Positions 1 through 10,769 are shown, counted from the first letter of the stretch. The stretch: DNA of 64,000 nucleotides from Escherichia coli (GCF_965641715.1 NZ_OZ282453.1), one strand, 5' to 3'. A program made the numbers and translations. Notes: generated by a model not told the origin, from the letters alone.

Positions 1-1298
1 ATTGACGTTTTGACCGGATTATCCAGCACCGGCAGGCGTTCTATGGTAATGGTATAGGTCGATTCACGCGCGCCACTATTTCCGCCGCTGATGCCGACAT
101 TGCCCGTCAGAATAGGCAACATAGCAATAGCGCGTGCGGTCAGCTCACCGTTTGCCTGGCGTTGCGGCCCCCAGCCCTGGCAGATATAAGCGGGTTTTGC
201 TGTGCCAATTTCACGCGCCAGTTTGATGATACGGTCCTCCGGGATACCGGTAATTTGCGAAGCCCACTGCGGCGTTTTCGCTGTTTTATCGTCACCTTCA
301 CCAAGAATATAGGCTTTATAGTGACCATTTTTGGGGGCATCTGCGGGTAAGGTTTTTTCGTCATAGCCGACGCAGTATTTATCGAGAAAAGGTTGATCAA
401 CGAGATTTTCGTTAATCAATACCCAGGCAATACCCGCAACCAGCGCGGCATCGGTGCCCGGGCGAATAGGAAGCCATTCGTCTTCACGACCGGCAGCCGT
501 ATCGGTATATCGCGGATCGATAACAATCATTTTTGCGTTCGATTTTTCGCGCGCTTTTTCAAGAAGATAAGTGATGCCACCGCCGCTCATGCGGGTTTCT
601 GCTGGGTTGTTACCAAACATCACGACCAGCTTGCTGTTTTCAATATCCGTGGTGCTGTTGCCATCATTACTGCCGTAGGTGTAGGGCATGGCACAGGAAA
701 TTTGCGCAGTGCTGTAGGAGCCATACTGGTTGAGTGAACCGCCGTAGCAGTTCATCAGGCGTTTGACCGCCGAGGCTGATGGCGAAGAGCGGGTCATATT
801 GCCGCCAACGATCCCCGAAGAGTACTGAATATATACAGCCTCATTGCCATATTGTTCGACGGTTTTTTTCAGGCTACTGGCGATAGTATCCAGGGCTTCA
901 TCCCAGCTAATCCGTTCGAATTTGCCTTCACCGCGTTTACCCACGCGTTTCATTGGGTAATTCAAGCGATCGGGATGATTAATACGCCGGCGGATGGAGC
1001 GACCGCGCAAACAGGCGCGTACTTGATGATTGCCATACTCATCGCTGCCGGTGTTGTCAGTTTCCACCCAGGTCACTTCATTATCTTTAACATGTAGACG
1101 AAGTGCACAGCGGCTACCACAGTTGACGGAACAGGCACCCCAGACCACTTTTTCGCGGGCCTGTTGTACCGCTGCTGCTGCACTGCGCAGGGTAAACGGC
1201 AAAGAAAAACCGCCTGCAGCCAGCGCCAGAGAACCTATCGCGGTAGATTTAACGAGTGTTCTGCGGCTGATGCCCACCATTCGGTCATTTTTGGACAT
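1..1298 (-). CDS. ynfE: Tat-exported molybdopterin S-/N-oxide (DMSO/selenate-type) reductase catalytic subunit, N-terminal ~432 codons; the gene runs off the left edge
   Basis: Hand translation of the minus strand from ATG at 1298 gives MSKNDRMVGISRRTLVKSTAIGSLALAAGG...CSVNCGSRC, with a twin-arginine signal and an Fe-S Cys cluster. The frame stays open to position 1. It is absent from the ORF track only because there is no stop in the window. Confidence 0.9.
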   Translation of the reverse strand, partial: MSKNDRMVGISRRTLVKSTAIGSLALAAGGFSLPFTLRSAAAAVQQAREKVVWGACSVNCGSRCALRLHVKDNEVTWVETDNTGSDEYGNHQVRACLRGRSIRRRINHPDRLNYPMKRVGKRGEGKFERISWDEALDTIASSLKKTVEQYGNEAVYIQYSSGIVGGNMTRSSPSASAVKRLMNCYGGSLNQYGSYSTAQISCAMPYTYGSNDGNSTTDIENSKLVVMFGNNPAETRMSGGGITYLLEKAREKSNAKMIVIDPRYTDTAAGREDEWLPIRPGTDAALVAGIAWVLINENLVDQPFLDKYCVGYDEKTLPADAPKNGHYKAYILGEGDDKTAKTPQWASQITGIPEDRIIKLAREIGTAKPAYICQGWGPQRQANGELTARAIAMLPILTGNVGISGGNSGARESTYTITIERLPVLDNPVKTS

Positions 1299-1397
1299 AA
1301 CTCACTCCCTGTTCTTTATCGTTATATAAATGTTTATATATTGAATATTTAGCGCGCTAACAATAGAGGGGGTCTACCCATTTTGGGTTAAGAATTA

Positions 1398-1411
1398 TTA
1401 ATCCACATCAA
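1398..1411. promoter_or_regulatory. FNR-like box TTAAT-N4-ATCAA upstream of ynfE
   Basis: TTAATCCACATCAA matches 9 of 10 positions of the FNR consensus TTGAT-N4-ATCAA, about 100 nt upstream of the ynfE ATG. ynfEFGH is an anaerobic operon. Confidence 0.35.
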
Positions 1412-1496
1412 TAGAAGGGTATGAGTAATATGGTGGGATTATGTTGTATGTTCAAATCGCCGGATGTGTCATATCCGGCGTTCAGTCGATAATGTG

Positions 1497-1802
1497 TTAC
1501 TGCGGTTCGGCAGGCGCGCCATCCTGGGTAGACTGCGCGGGAGCAGAGACGTTAGCGCTGGTGGTGCGGGTGTAGAGAATTTTATGCGTATCATTAGCAC
1601 AATGCCCGACGACCTGGGAATCAGGCTGATCAACCTGGTCATTGGGTACAATACTTAACGTGAAGCTGCTTTCGGGTACGCCATTATTGATAATGCGCTG
1701 TGATATATCGCTCTGTATGCGCTCACAGGATCCCGGCGCGGCGAGTACCGCGGGTGAGGCGAGGGCGAGCAGAAGCGCGGCACAGCAGGTTGAGAGTTTC
1801 AT
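1497..1802 (-). CDS. ynfD: DUF1161 periplasmic protein
   Basis: ORF 1497..1844. The internal start MKLSTCCAALLLALASPAVLA (signal peptide) gives the 101-aa YnfD. Confidence 0.85.
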   Translation of the reverse strand: MKLSTCCAALLLALASPAVLAAPGSCERIQSDISQRIINNGVPESSFTLSIVPNDQVDQPDSQVVGHCANDTHKILYTRTTSANVSAPAQSTQDGAPAEPQ

Positions 1803-1909
1803 CATAAGCTCCTTACGCGAAGATAACTTCTTTAAGCATAGCATTTAACGTGTAAAGTACTGTATTTGCTACTATGATTGAGAATCATCTCTACTCTCTG
1901 GTGACTGTT

Positions 1910-2620
1910 GTGAAATACAAATTACTACCATGCTTACTCGCGATATTCCTCACAGGATGTGACCGCACAGAGGTAACACTTTCATTTACCCCTGAGATGG
2001 CCAGTTTCTCTAATGAATTCGATTTTGATCCGCTGCGTGGTCCGGTAAAAGATTTCACTCAGACATTAATGGATGAGCAAGGTGAAGTGACGAAACGTGT
2101 TTCGGGGACTTTGTCGGAAGAAGGCTGTTTTGATTCACTCGAATTACTGGATCTGGAAAATAATACCGTGGTCGCTCTGGTACTGGACGCCAATTATTAT
2201 CGTGATGCCGAGACGCTGGAGAAGAGAGTACGTTTACAGGGAAAATGCCAGCTAGCAGAATTACCTTCTGCCGGGGTGAGTTGGGAAACCGATGATAATG
2301 GCTTCGTGATTAAAGCCAGCAGCAAACAAATGCAGATGGAATATCGCTATGATGATCAGGGTTATCCACTGGGTAAGACCACGAAAAGTAACGACAAAAC
2401 ATTATCTGTCAGCGCCACGCCATCAACGGACCCGATCAAAAAATTAGATTACACAGCGGTTACTTTACTGAATAATCAACGAGTTGGTAATGTAAAACAG
2501 AGCTGTGAATATGACAGTCACGCCAATCCGGTGGACTGTCAGCTGATCATTGTTGATGAAGGAGTAAAACCCGCCGTCGAACGGGTTTACACCATCAAAA
2601 ATACAATCGATTATTATTAA
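1910..2620 (+). CDS. ynfC: UPF0257 lipoprotein
   Basis: ORF 1874..2620. A GTG start gives (M)KYKLLPCLLAIFLTGC with a lipobox and the 236-aa YnfC. Confidence 0.85.
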   Translation: MKYKLLPCLLAIFLTGCDRTEVTLSFTPEMASFSNEFDFDPLRGPVKDFTQTLMDEQGEVTKRVSGTLSEEGCFDSLELLDLENNTVVALVLDANYYRDAETLEKRVRLQGKCQLAELPSAGVSWETDDNGFVIKASSKQMQMEYRYDDQGYPLGKTTKSNDKTLSVSATPSTDPIKKLDYTAVTLLNNQRVGNVKQSCEYDSHANPVDCQLIIVDEGVKPAVERVYTIKNTIDYY

Positions 2621-2622
2621 TG

Positions 2623-3183
2623 CTATTGTGCGGTCGGCTTCAGGAGAGTCTGACCCGGTGTTTTGTGCTCTGCCAGATACTGATGCTGGAATATACACAT
2701 GCGAATGGCATTACGATATTGACCATTAATAAAGAACTCATGCATCAATTCACCTTCAACCGTAAAGCCAAGCTTGCGGTAAATGTGAATCGCTTTTTCA
2801 TTCTCTTTATCGACGATCAGATACAGCTTATAGAGATTGAGAACGGTGAAGCCATAGTCCATTGCTAATTTGGCGGCACGGGTTGCCAGACCTTTCCCCT
2901 GATACTCCGGGGAGATAATTATCTGAAATTCTGCGCGGCGATGTACATGGTTAATTTCCACCAACTCCACCAGACCGGCTTTTTCGCCGTCACATTCCAC
3001 CACAAAGCGTCGTTCGCTCTGATCGTGAATATGCTTATCATACAGATCAGAGAGTTCAACAAAGGCTTCGTAGGGTTCCTCAAACCAGTAACGCATCACA
3101 CTGGCGTTATTGTCGAGTTGATGTACATAGCGTAAATCTTCACGCTCCAGCGGGCGTAGCTTAACACTGTGGGCGCTTGGCAT
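2623..3183 (-). CDS. speG: spermidine N1-acetyltransferase (GNAT)
   Basis: The 186-aa [29 protein letters not shown]... matches SpeG. Confidence 0.95.
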   Translation of the reverse strand: MPSAHSVKLRPLEREDLRYVHQLDNNASVMRYWFEEPYEAFVELSDLYDKHIHDQSERRFVVECDGEKAGLVELVEINHVHRRAEFQIIISPEYQGKGLATRAAKLAMDYGFTVLNLYKLYLIVDKENEKAIHIYRKLGFTVEGELMHEFFINGQYRNAIRMCIFQHQYLAEHKTPGQTLLKPTAQ

Positions 3184-3217
3184 AACGTGTCCTTACATTC
3201 CTTAAATCAATAACAGG

Positions 3218-3559
3218 TTAGGGGGTAATAACGCGGCCAGTTCGACGGTCCAGGCAGCGCAAAGTATTTGGCTCCCAGTAGGCATTGATGTTGGCGCTTT
3301 GCTCACATTTATCGCGGTTATCAAAAGCGGCGTCGGCTTTATCCCACTCTTTTTCAGTGCGTTTATTCACTTTCTGGCGCAGATTGCGCGTGTCATTCCA
3401 TTGCTCTTTTTCCATAGCGGCGTGCTGGCGGCTTTGTGCACTGTCGCCAGACTCAATCACCAGTTTGTTAGTTTCGGCATGAACAGTTGTGCTCAATGCC
3501 AGTGCGCAAGGCAGCAGAAAAGCGAGCAGGCCGATTCGTTTGCTGAGAGTGATTTTCAT
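3218..3559 (-). CDS. ynfB: UPF0482 secreted protein
   Basis: 113-aa ORF with a signal peptide, in K-12 synteny between speG and ynfA. Confidence 0.85.
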
Positions 3560-3693
3560 AATTCATTCCCTGTGTGAATGATTAAAGGTGATTCTACACC
3601 ATCCACTGCGGACGCAAAACGTACCAGGAGGGTGTTTATATTGATGATATTATGTCGCCCTATAACTATACATGATGTCAATAAGTGACAAAG

Positions 3694-4020
3694 ATGATTA
3701 AAACAACGTTACTATTTTTTGCTACTGCGCTGTGTGAAATTATTGGATGCTTTCTGCCCTGGTTGTGGTTAAAACGAAACGCCAGTGTCTGGCTGTTGCT
3801 TCCGGCGGGGATTTCACTGGCGCTGTTTGTCTGGTTGTTAACGTTGCATCCTGCGGCGAGTGGGCGTGTTTACGCGGCTTATGGTGGCGTTTATGTCTGC
3901 ACGGCGTTGATGTGGCTGCGCGTTGTGGATGGCGTGAAACTGACTCTTTATGACTGGACGGGTGCGTTGATTGCGCTTTGCGGCATGTTGATCATTGTTG
4001 CGGGCTGGGGGCGCACGTAG
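3694..4020 (+). CDS. ynfA: UPF0060 small inner-membrane protein
   Basis: ATG at 3694 gives [25 protein letters not shown]..., 108 aa with 4 predicted TM segments. Confidence 0.85.
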   Translation: MIKTTLLFFATALCEIIGCFLPWLWLKRNASVWLLLPAGISLALFVWLLTLHPAASGRVYAAYGGVYVCTALMWLRVVDGVKLTLYDWTGALIALCGMLIIVAGWGRT

Positions 4021-4225
4021 GAACATAAATCCATTTTATCAATAAGATACGAGGAAGTGTCAGCTGACAAAAGGTATTCTATTTCATCTTTTGTCAACCA
4101 TTCACAGTGCAAATATACGCCTTTTTTTGTGATCACTCCGGCTTTTTTCGATCTTCATGCTTGTATGGTAGTAGCTCAGTTGCGTAGATTTCATGCATCA
4201 CGACAAGCGATGCAAGGAATCGAAC

Positions 4226-5440
4226 ATGAAGATCGTAAAGGCTGAAGTTTTTGTTACCTGTCCGGGGCGTAATTTCGTCACATTAAAAATCACCACTGAG
4301 GACGGTATTACGGGCCTTGGGGATGCCACCCTCAATGGACGTGAGCTTTCCGTGGCCTCTTATTTGCAGGATCACCTTTGTCCGCAGCTTATTGGTCGCG
4401 ATGCGCACCGTATCGAAGATATCTGGCAGTTTTTCTATAAAGGTGCTTACTGGCGTCGCGGTCCGGTTACGATGTCGGCCATTTCAGCGGTTGATATGGC
4501 GCTGTGGGATATTAAAGCCAAAGCTGCCAACATGCCGCTTTACCAGTTACTCGGCGGCGCATCTCGTGAAGGGGTGATGGTTTATTGCCATACCACCGGT
4601 CACAGTATTGATGAAGCTCTGGATGATTATGCCCGTCATCAGGAGCTGGGATTCAAAGCCATCCGCGTGCAGTGCGGAATCCCTGGTATGAAAACCACCT
4701 ACGGCATGTCGAAAGGTAAAGGTCTGGCTTATGAACCCGCAACCAAAGGACAGTGGCCGGAAGAGCAGCTGTGGTCGACGGAGAAATACCTCGATTTCAT
4801 GCCGAAATTGTTTGACGCGGTACGTAACAAGTTTGGTTTTAATGAACATTTGCTGCATGACATGCACCATCGCTTAACGCCTATTGAAGCGGCGCGCTTT
4901 GGTAAAAGCATTGAAGATTATCGCATGTTCTGGATGGAAGACCCGACGCCTGCGGAAAACCAGGAATGCTTCCGTCTCATTCGCCAACATACCGTCACAC
5001 CCATCGCAGTGGGTGAAGTCTTCAACAGCATCTGGGACTGCAAACAACTGATTGAAGAGCAACTCATCGATTATATCCGCACCACGCTGACCCATGCAGG
5101 CGGAATTACCGGTATGCGCCGGATTGCCGATTTTGCTTCGCTGTATCAGGTACGTACTGGCTCACACGGTCCTTCCGATTTGTCACCAGTCTGCATGGCT
5201 GCAGCGCTGCACTTTGATCTGTGGGTCCCCAATTTCGGTGTCCAGGAATACATGGGTTATTCCGAACAAATGCTCGAAGTCTTCCCGCACAACTGGACTT
5301 TCGATAACGGCTATATGCATCCGGGAGACAAACCGGGTCTTGGTATCGAATTCGATGAAAAGCTGGCGGCGAAATATCCCTATGAACCTGCTTATCTACC
5401 AGTCGCACGTCTGGAAGATGGCACGCTGTGGAACTGGTAA
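4226..5440 (+). CDS. rspA: enolase-superfamily mannonate dehydratase-like starvation-sensing protein
   Basis: ATG at 4226 gives [27 protein letters not shown]..., 404 aa. Confidence 0.92.
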
Positions 5441-5451
5441 GGAGTAAGATA

Positions 5452-6471
5452 ATGAAAAGCATATTAATTGAAAAACCGAATCAACTGGCGATTGTCGAAC
5501 GTGAAATACCCACCCCGTCAGCGGGTGAAGTACGAGTAAAAGTGAAACTTGCCGGAATTTGTGGTTCAGATAGCCATATTTATCGTGGGCATAATCCTTT
5601 TGCGAAATATCCGCGCGTCATTGGACATGAATTCTTTGGCGTCATTGATGCGGTGGGTGAAGGTGTGGAAAGCGCCAGAGTCGGTGAACGTGTTGCTGTC
5701 GATCCGGTGGACAGCTGTGGTCATTGCTATCCGTGCTCTATAGGTAAGCCGAACGTTTGTACGACACTCGCTGTATTAGGTGTGCACGCTGACGGTGGTT
5801 TCAGTGAATATGCTGTGGTTCCGGCAAAAAATGCGTGGAAAATTCCTGAAGCAGTGGCCGATCAATATGCGGTGATGATCGAACCTTTTACCATTGCGGC
5901 TAACGTAACCGGTCATGGTCAACCGACTGAAAATGATACCGTTCTGGTTTATGGTGCCGGTCCAATCGGCCTGACGATCGTTCAGGTATTAAAAGGCGTC
6001 TATAACGTTAAAAATGTGATTGTTGCCGATCGCATTGATGAACGACTGGAAAAAGCGAAAGAGAGCGGGGCTGACTGGGTGATTAATAACAGCCAGACAC
6101 CGCTTGGCGAGATTTTCGCTGAAAAAGGCATCAAGCCGACATTAATTATTGATGCGGCTTGTCATCCTTCTATCCTGAAAGAGGCCGTAACGCTGGCTTC
6201 TCCAGCGGCACGTATTGTATTGATGGGCTTCTCCAGTGAACCTTCTGAAGTGATTCAGCAAGGAATTACCGGAAAAGAACTCTCTATTTTCTCTTCACGC
6301 TTAAATGCAAATAAATTTCCGGTCGTTATCGACTGGTTAAGTAAAGGGTTAATTAAACCAGAAAAATTAATTACCCATACGTTTGATTTCCAGCATGTTG
6401 CTGATGCCATTAGTTTATTTGAACAGGATCAAAAACATTGCTGCAAAGTCTTACTCACTTTTTCTGAATAA
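5452..6471 (+). CDS. rspB: zinc-type alcohol/polyol dehydrogenase-like starvation-sensing protein
   Basis: ATG at 5452 gives MKSILIEKPNQLAIVEREIP...GHEFFG...CGHCYPC, 339 aa. Confidence 0.92.
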   Translation: MKSILIEKPNQLAIVEREIPTPSAGEVRVKVKLAGICGSDSHIYRGHNPFAKYPRVIGHEFFGVIDAVGEGVESARVGERVAVDPVDSCGHCYPCSIGKPNVCTTLAVLGVHADGGFSEYAVVPAKNAWKIPEAVADQYAVMIEPFTIAANVTGHGQPTENDTVLVYGAGPIGLTIVQVLKGVYNVKNVIVADRIDERLEKAKESGADWVINNSQTPLGEIFAEKGIKPTLIIDAACHPSILKEAVTLASPAARIVLMGFSSEPSEVIQQGITGKELSIFSSRLNANKFPVVIDWLSKGLIKPEKLITHTFDFQHVADAISLFEQDQKHCCKVLLTFSE

Positions 6472-6528
6472 TACCAATAACGGCGAGTAAGTAGTACGCA
6501 TCTTACCTCTTTTTTAGAGATAACCATT

Positions 6529-6621
6529 ATGACAATAGAAAAACACGAAAGAAGCACTAAGGATTTGGTGAAAGCAGCAGTATCGGGATGGCTGGGCACT
6601 GCGCTTGAATTTATGGATTTC
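6529..6621 (+). pseudogene. ydfJ: 5' fragment (31 codons) of MFS transporter gene ydfJ, cut by prophage integration
   Basis: ATG 6529 gives MTIEKHERSTKDLVKAAVSGWLGTALEFMDF. The frame then runs into phage DNA and stops at 6657. The reading frame continues exactly at 52216 after the attR repeat. Confidence 0.75.
6611..6621. repeat. attL core (direct repeat TTATGGATTTC)
   Basis: Identical 11-mer at 52205-52215. It extends to about 16 bp, TGAAT(T)TATGGATTTC, with one 1-nt indel. Confidence 0.8.
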
Positions 6622-6658
6622 AAGAGTCATACGTGTCAACTATTTGATAAATATTAAA

Positions 6659-7939
6659 TTAATTTTTCATTGCTTCGTTATGGGGCATGGTTGGGGCAAA
6701 CTCGCTTAACTGTGTATTTAACAAAGCTACCTGTGCATTATTGTTTTCAGACATCCATTTTCCGTATACCTGAAATACCATTTGCGCATCTGCATGGCCC
6801 ATCTGGTTTGCTATAAATGCCGGGTTAGCACCAGCTGTCAGCGACCAGCAGGCATAAGTATGTCTCGACTGATATGATTTTCGATGGCGGAGTCCGGCAC
6901 GTTTTATCGCTGCGTCCCACATCTGCCTTATTGAGTCAACGGTAAAATGGTCACCATAATTTTTTACTCTCGCTGACACTTCAGGTTGAAAAACAAAGGT
7001 GCATTTTTGTTTTTCTGTTCTGCCATACTCTCTCAGGTGAACATCAATGATATGCTCTTTGCTCAGTCTCGTTAATGTCATCTGACTCCGGAGAGCGTCG
7101 ATTGCTGGCTTAATAAGATGAATGACCCGATTGGTTCCCGCCTGTGTTTTTGGTACCGTGAAACGGTCTTTTGCTAAATTTCTCCTGATCATCATTGTTC
7201 CATTTTTCAGATCTATGTCCTCCCATCCAAGTGCACACAGCTCACCAGGGCGAATGCCAGTATAAACAGAAACACACCATAAATTTTTTGCTTGCTGATT
7301 TCTGCACGCATCGATAAGACGGATAAATTCCTCCCGCGAAAGAGGATCCGGAATGGTTCTTGATTCCTTTAATGGCGAGATCCCCTTAAACGGATTATCT
7401 GCCAGGTAACCGTTATCAACACCAAACTGGAACACGGCGTTAAGATTTGTCATGTAATTATTTACAGTTACAGCCGATCTCCCTGGTTGTGTAACAATAT
7501 AGTTACTTTTGGGGATCTGGTATCCAGTCAGTAGCTCTTTACGAACCTCCAGTAATTTTTCTTTATTAATCGATGAGGCAAGATTTTTTTCACCGATTAT
7601 GCTCAGGATATTTTTGATGACGGCACGGTATGTGTTGAGTGATGTTTTGGCGACTTCAGTTTCTTTCAGTGCCAGAAATTTTTCAGCCAGTTCTTTTATG
7701 GTTAAATCTTGTCGGGCCTCACCAAATTTTTCCAGATTGCGTGAGGAGGGAAACTGTTTTGCATAGTCGAAAACACCAGTTTTTATTGCGTAACAAACAG
7801 AGGCGCGTAGTTCACCTGCAACGCGCCTGTTTTTTGCTGTGTCAGGAACCCCCAGATTTTCCCTGACTCTTACGCCTTTATAAACAAACCAGATACGTAA
7901 TTTCCCTCCATGGTTTTCCACGCCTGTCGGATATTTCAT
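6659..7939 (-). CDS. intQ: tyrosine-recombinase phage integrase
   Basis: ORF 6659..7954. MKYPTGVENHGGKLRIWFVYKG... with a C-terminal catalytic region ...SRHTYACWSLTAGANPAFIANQMGHADAQMVFQVYGKW (R..HxxR..Y). Adjacent to attL. Confidence 0.9.
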   Translation of the reverse strand: MKYPTGVENHGGKLRIWFVYKGVRVRENLGVPDTAKNRRVAGELRASVCYAIKTGVFDYAKQFPSSRNLEKFGEARQDLTIKELAEKFLALKETEVAKTSLNTYRAVIKNILSIIGEKNLASSINKEKLLEVRKELLTGYQIPKSNYIVTQPGRSAVTVNNYMTNLNAVFQFGVDNGYLADNPFKGISPLKESRTIPDPLSREEFIRLIDACRNQQAKNLWCVSVYTGIRPGELCALGWEDIDLKNGTMMIRRNLAKDRFTVPKTQAGTNRVIHLIKPAIDALRSQMTLTRLSKEHIIDVHLREYGRTEKQKCTFVFQPEVSARVKNYGDHFTVDSIRQMWDAAIKRAGLRHRKSYQSRHTYACWSLTAGANPAFIANQMGHADAQMVFQVYGKWMSENNNAQVALLNTQLSEFAPTMPHNEAMKN

Positions 7940-7973
7940 TTCAACTTCTCTCATTAGTTAGTGTGGCTTTTAG

Positions 7974-8225
7974 TCAAGTAAGATGACGTCTTGGTCTCGC
8001 TGATGCCTGGCGCTCAATCCAGCGATCAATTTCTTCCAGGTTGTAAAAGCATGGACTGTTATCCCATGGCATACCGTCATGAGCGACATGCTTATATTCC
8101 CTTCCTTCCATAAACGATTTTTCCCGGGCCTTTTTTAACGTACCTTTTTTTATTCCTTTCAGCGCAATTAACTGCTCTTCGGATACCCATTTGCCGGGAG
8201 AGACAATCATGATTACTTCGCTCAT
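7974..8225 (-). CDS. excisionase-like protein
   Basis: 83-aa ORF immediately upstream of int on the same strand; the small basic C-terminus is typical of lambdoid Xis-like proteins. Confidence 0.6.
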   Translation of the reverse strand: MSEVIMIVSPGKWVSEEQLIALKGIKKGTLKKAREKSFMEGREYKHVAHDGMPWDNSPCFYNLEEIDRWIERQASARPRRHLT

Positions 8226-8297
8226 CGATTTCTTTATCTCTTACATCAGACGAGCGCCGGTTGCAGAATACCAGTCACAACCGGCGACAGTTGAACA

Positions 8298-10769
8298 TTA
8301 AGAATCAGCCTGACTCGGGATCAGTTTTTGCCAGATAACTGAAACGTATTTTGCCTGGTAACGGGCGTCATCAAGTGCATTATGGCGCTCACCTTCGAAT
8401 GGAATAGCCGTTCTGGCATCGAAATCTATGGCTTTCCCCAGCTCAACGATTGTGCGTACATCGCGATCGTTGTAGTAACGCCACGGGCAGGGGATCCCCT
8501 GCCGTTCGTATGAACGGCGCAAAATCGTGTTGTCGAAGTTGGCTCCATTTCCCCAAACCTGAACAAATAATTCACCGGAGTTTTCGTCGATAAATTCCCG
8601 CAATTGTAACAGTGCATCATCTAACGGGATTTCATCGGTCATAATGGCAGATTGTGCTTCGCGTGATTGCTTAAGCCACCATTTAATGGTGTCCCGATCA
8701 ATGACTCCGCCAGCAGTTTCCAGATCGATAGTCTTACTAAATTCCGGTCCTATATCTCCGGTTTGCGGATCGAAAAATATTGCACCTATTGAGATGATCG
8801 GTGCATCAGGATTTTTTCCCATGGTTTCAAGGTCGATCATTAGATGGTCACACGTCCTGCTGGTGGATGTGATTTCGTGATGACCGTTCACCTTAATTGA
8901 GTGATCTGCCGTCTCGCCAGTTTCATTATCGCTATTGTGATGCTGATTGCCGCCAGTGTTCTCCTTGTGTGGATGTTCAGCGCCTTCCATTTCCTCCGGA
9001 TCATCTTCCTGAACTTCAACCTGATACTCTTCATCGAATGTTTCTTGGTATGTTGCGTCGCCCATCACCGCGCCACAATCAGGGCAGTTGCCGCCGCCAG
9101 TCTGACCGCAGGCGGTGCAGACTTTTTCCACTTCCTGTTGCGCCACTGGTTCAGGCTGTTTCGTTTCTGGCTCGTTTTGTAACGCATTTGGGCTGTTTTG
9201 TTCCGCTTTTTGGTAGTTCCGTTCCGATTCATGCTGGTTCTGGTTCACAGAATCGCGGGTCTGGATCCCCTTAACCCATTTCGGATCATTCGGGTCACTA
9301 ATCCCTTCAACAAATTCACCATGTGATGCAGCAAGCAACTTATCGGCGTCAGGCTGGCTGATATTGGCTGCCTGCATAATTTTGTTTACTTCGTCAGCGG
9401 TAACTTTTATCGGCTCTGGTTGTTCTGAATCTTCAGCGGTATCTACATTTTGCGGTAAGCCCGTGTATGTGCCATTTTTTCGGGCAAAATATTCTTCTTT
9501 TGTGATTTCAGTGGCGCCAGCAGCCAGTGCCTTATCCAGACCAGAAAGTTTGTTTGCGCGACCGTATTTTTCTCCGTCCTTATCTGCGAAGAGGAAATAG
9601 AACGGCCCCTCACGCTCTACAGATGGTTCAGCTTCCGGCGCGGTTTCATTTTTTGGGATATCAGATACCTCAGTTTCCACTGCATCAGTTTGTGTTTCTG
9701 ATGACTGGAGAACATCAACAGTGCCCAGGTCTGTTTCTTCATTCTCAAACACGCCCTTTGTCGTCAGGTATTCGCAGATATATTTGTTCAGTGCTACGGG
9801 ATCTTTGTGAATGTCGATCGGACGCTCACGGACAAGGCCAAAAATAGTTTGGCGGTCGTAGCGAAGGGCATCAGGCTGTTTGCGCATTGATGCCGAGATA
9901 CGCTTCCAGTCTTCGCGGTCGTTGTCGATAACTTCTTTTTTTGCCCAGCGATGGATGCTGCCGTCAATGTTTCCGGCATCCACATCACCAGGCCAGAGAG
10001 CGTAGGCCAGTTCGTCATCCAGTGTTTTCCATGTCTGCTTGTATTCGCGATGAATGGCAGCAATGACCGGGCTGATTTTTCCTGTTGAATTTTCAGTGTA
10101 CTGTTGATTGGCTCTGGCGCGGGCGAGATCAACAACAGACGTGTATTTTCCGGTTTCCTTGCGTTCACCTTCGCGACGTTTTTTCCAGATGCGCATCTCT
10201 GCCTGAATTTCGGGCCATTTAGCACCAGGAATACATTTATGCTTAACCCACCCAATGGCGTGCAACTTAAGCTCCGGATACATGGCGTTAACTTCTGGCA
10301 TTTTCATCAACGCTTCAACGATATGTCCGTCGAATGTTGCCATGTCTTCCTGCAACAATTCCTGTGCGCTAATAACCATATCAACGGTGATGTTTTCACA
10401 TGTGTCGAACTTAACCATGACAGCGTTCTGTACTTCAGGGGCCAGCTTGTCAAAAGTGACGTTCATCGGATCGGATTCAGTCTCAACCGGGACAAAAGAA
10501 GCTGACTCCTCATCCCAGCGGTTTTCCTGCATATATTCAGCATCCCATGAATCGAGGGCAGGGCGGGGTATGCCAGGTTTATCCTCGCAGACAATAAATT
10601 TATAAGCGCAGTCCTGAGCAGCCGGATAATGTTCCAGGAACTGCCAGTGAAATTTTGCTCGAGCACGGCGTTCGTCGCCAGCTTCAATGGCTGTGGCTAC
10701 AGCCACAGCGCCTTCTTCCCTTGTTGCCAGTTCGTCAGGAATAGCGGCGCAAATAAAGACTTTACTCAT
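8298..10769 (-). CDS. ydfE: 823-aa multidomain early protein: YdfE-like N-terminal region, acidic linker, CxxC..CxxC zinc ribbon, C-terminal DEDDh 3'-5' exonuclease domain
   Basis: The N-terminus MSKVFICAAIPDELATREEGAV... matches the K-12 YdfE fragment. The C-terminus carries Exo motifs DLETMG, NGANFDNTILRR and HNALDDARYQAKY. Zinc ribbon: CTACGQTGGGNCPDCG. Confidence 0.8.
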   Translation of the reverse strand: MSKVFICAAIPDELATREEGAVAVATAIEAGDERRARAKFHWQFLEHYPAAQDCAYKFIVCEDKPGIPRPALDSWDAEYMQENRWDEESASFVPVETESDPMNVTFDKLAPEVQNAVMVKFDTCENITVDMVISAQELLQEDMATFDGHIVEALMKMPEVNAMYPELKLHAIGWVKHKCIPGAKWPEIQAEMRIWKKRREGERKETGKYTSVVDLARARANQQYTENSTGKISPVIAAIHREYKQTWKTLDDELAYALWPGDVDAGNIDGSIHRWAKKEVIDNDREDWKRISASMRKQPDALRYDRQTIFGLVRERPIDIHKDPVALNKYICEYLTTKGVFENEETDLGTVDVLQSSETQTDAVETEVSDIPKNETAPEAEPSVEREGPFYFLFADKDGEKYGRANKLSGLDKALAAGATEITKEEYFARKNGTYTGLPQNVDTAEDSEQPEPIKVTADEVNKIMQAANISQPDADKLLAASHGEFVEGISDPNDPKWVKGIQTRDSVNQNQHESERNYQKAEQNSPNALQNEPETKQPEPVAQQEVEKVCTACGQTGGGNCPDCGAVMGDATYQETFDEEYQVEVQEDDPEEMEGAEHPHKENTGGNQHHNSDNETGETADHSIKVNGHHEITSTSRTCDHLMIDLETMGKNPDAPIISIGAIFFDPQTGDIGPEFSKTIDLETAGGVIDRDTIKWWLKQSREAQSAIMTDEIPLDDALLQLREFIDENSGELFVQVWGNGANFDNTILRRSYERQGIPCPWRYYNDRDVRTIVELGKAIDFDARTAIPFEGERHNALDDARYQAKYVSVIWQKLIPSQADS

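Noticed and set aside
140-1352. Several 60-114-aa plus-strand and minus-strand ORFs listed at the left edge
   Set aside because: All overlap the truncated ynfE reading frame (minus strand, open from 1298 to the window edge). The track omits ynfE because it has no in-window stop.
6429-6623. 64-aa minus-strand ORF spanning the rspB 3' end and the ydfJ 5' fragment
   Set aside because: It is antisense to two well-supported genes, with no SD. It is a chance ORF.
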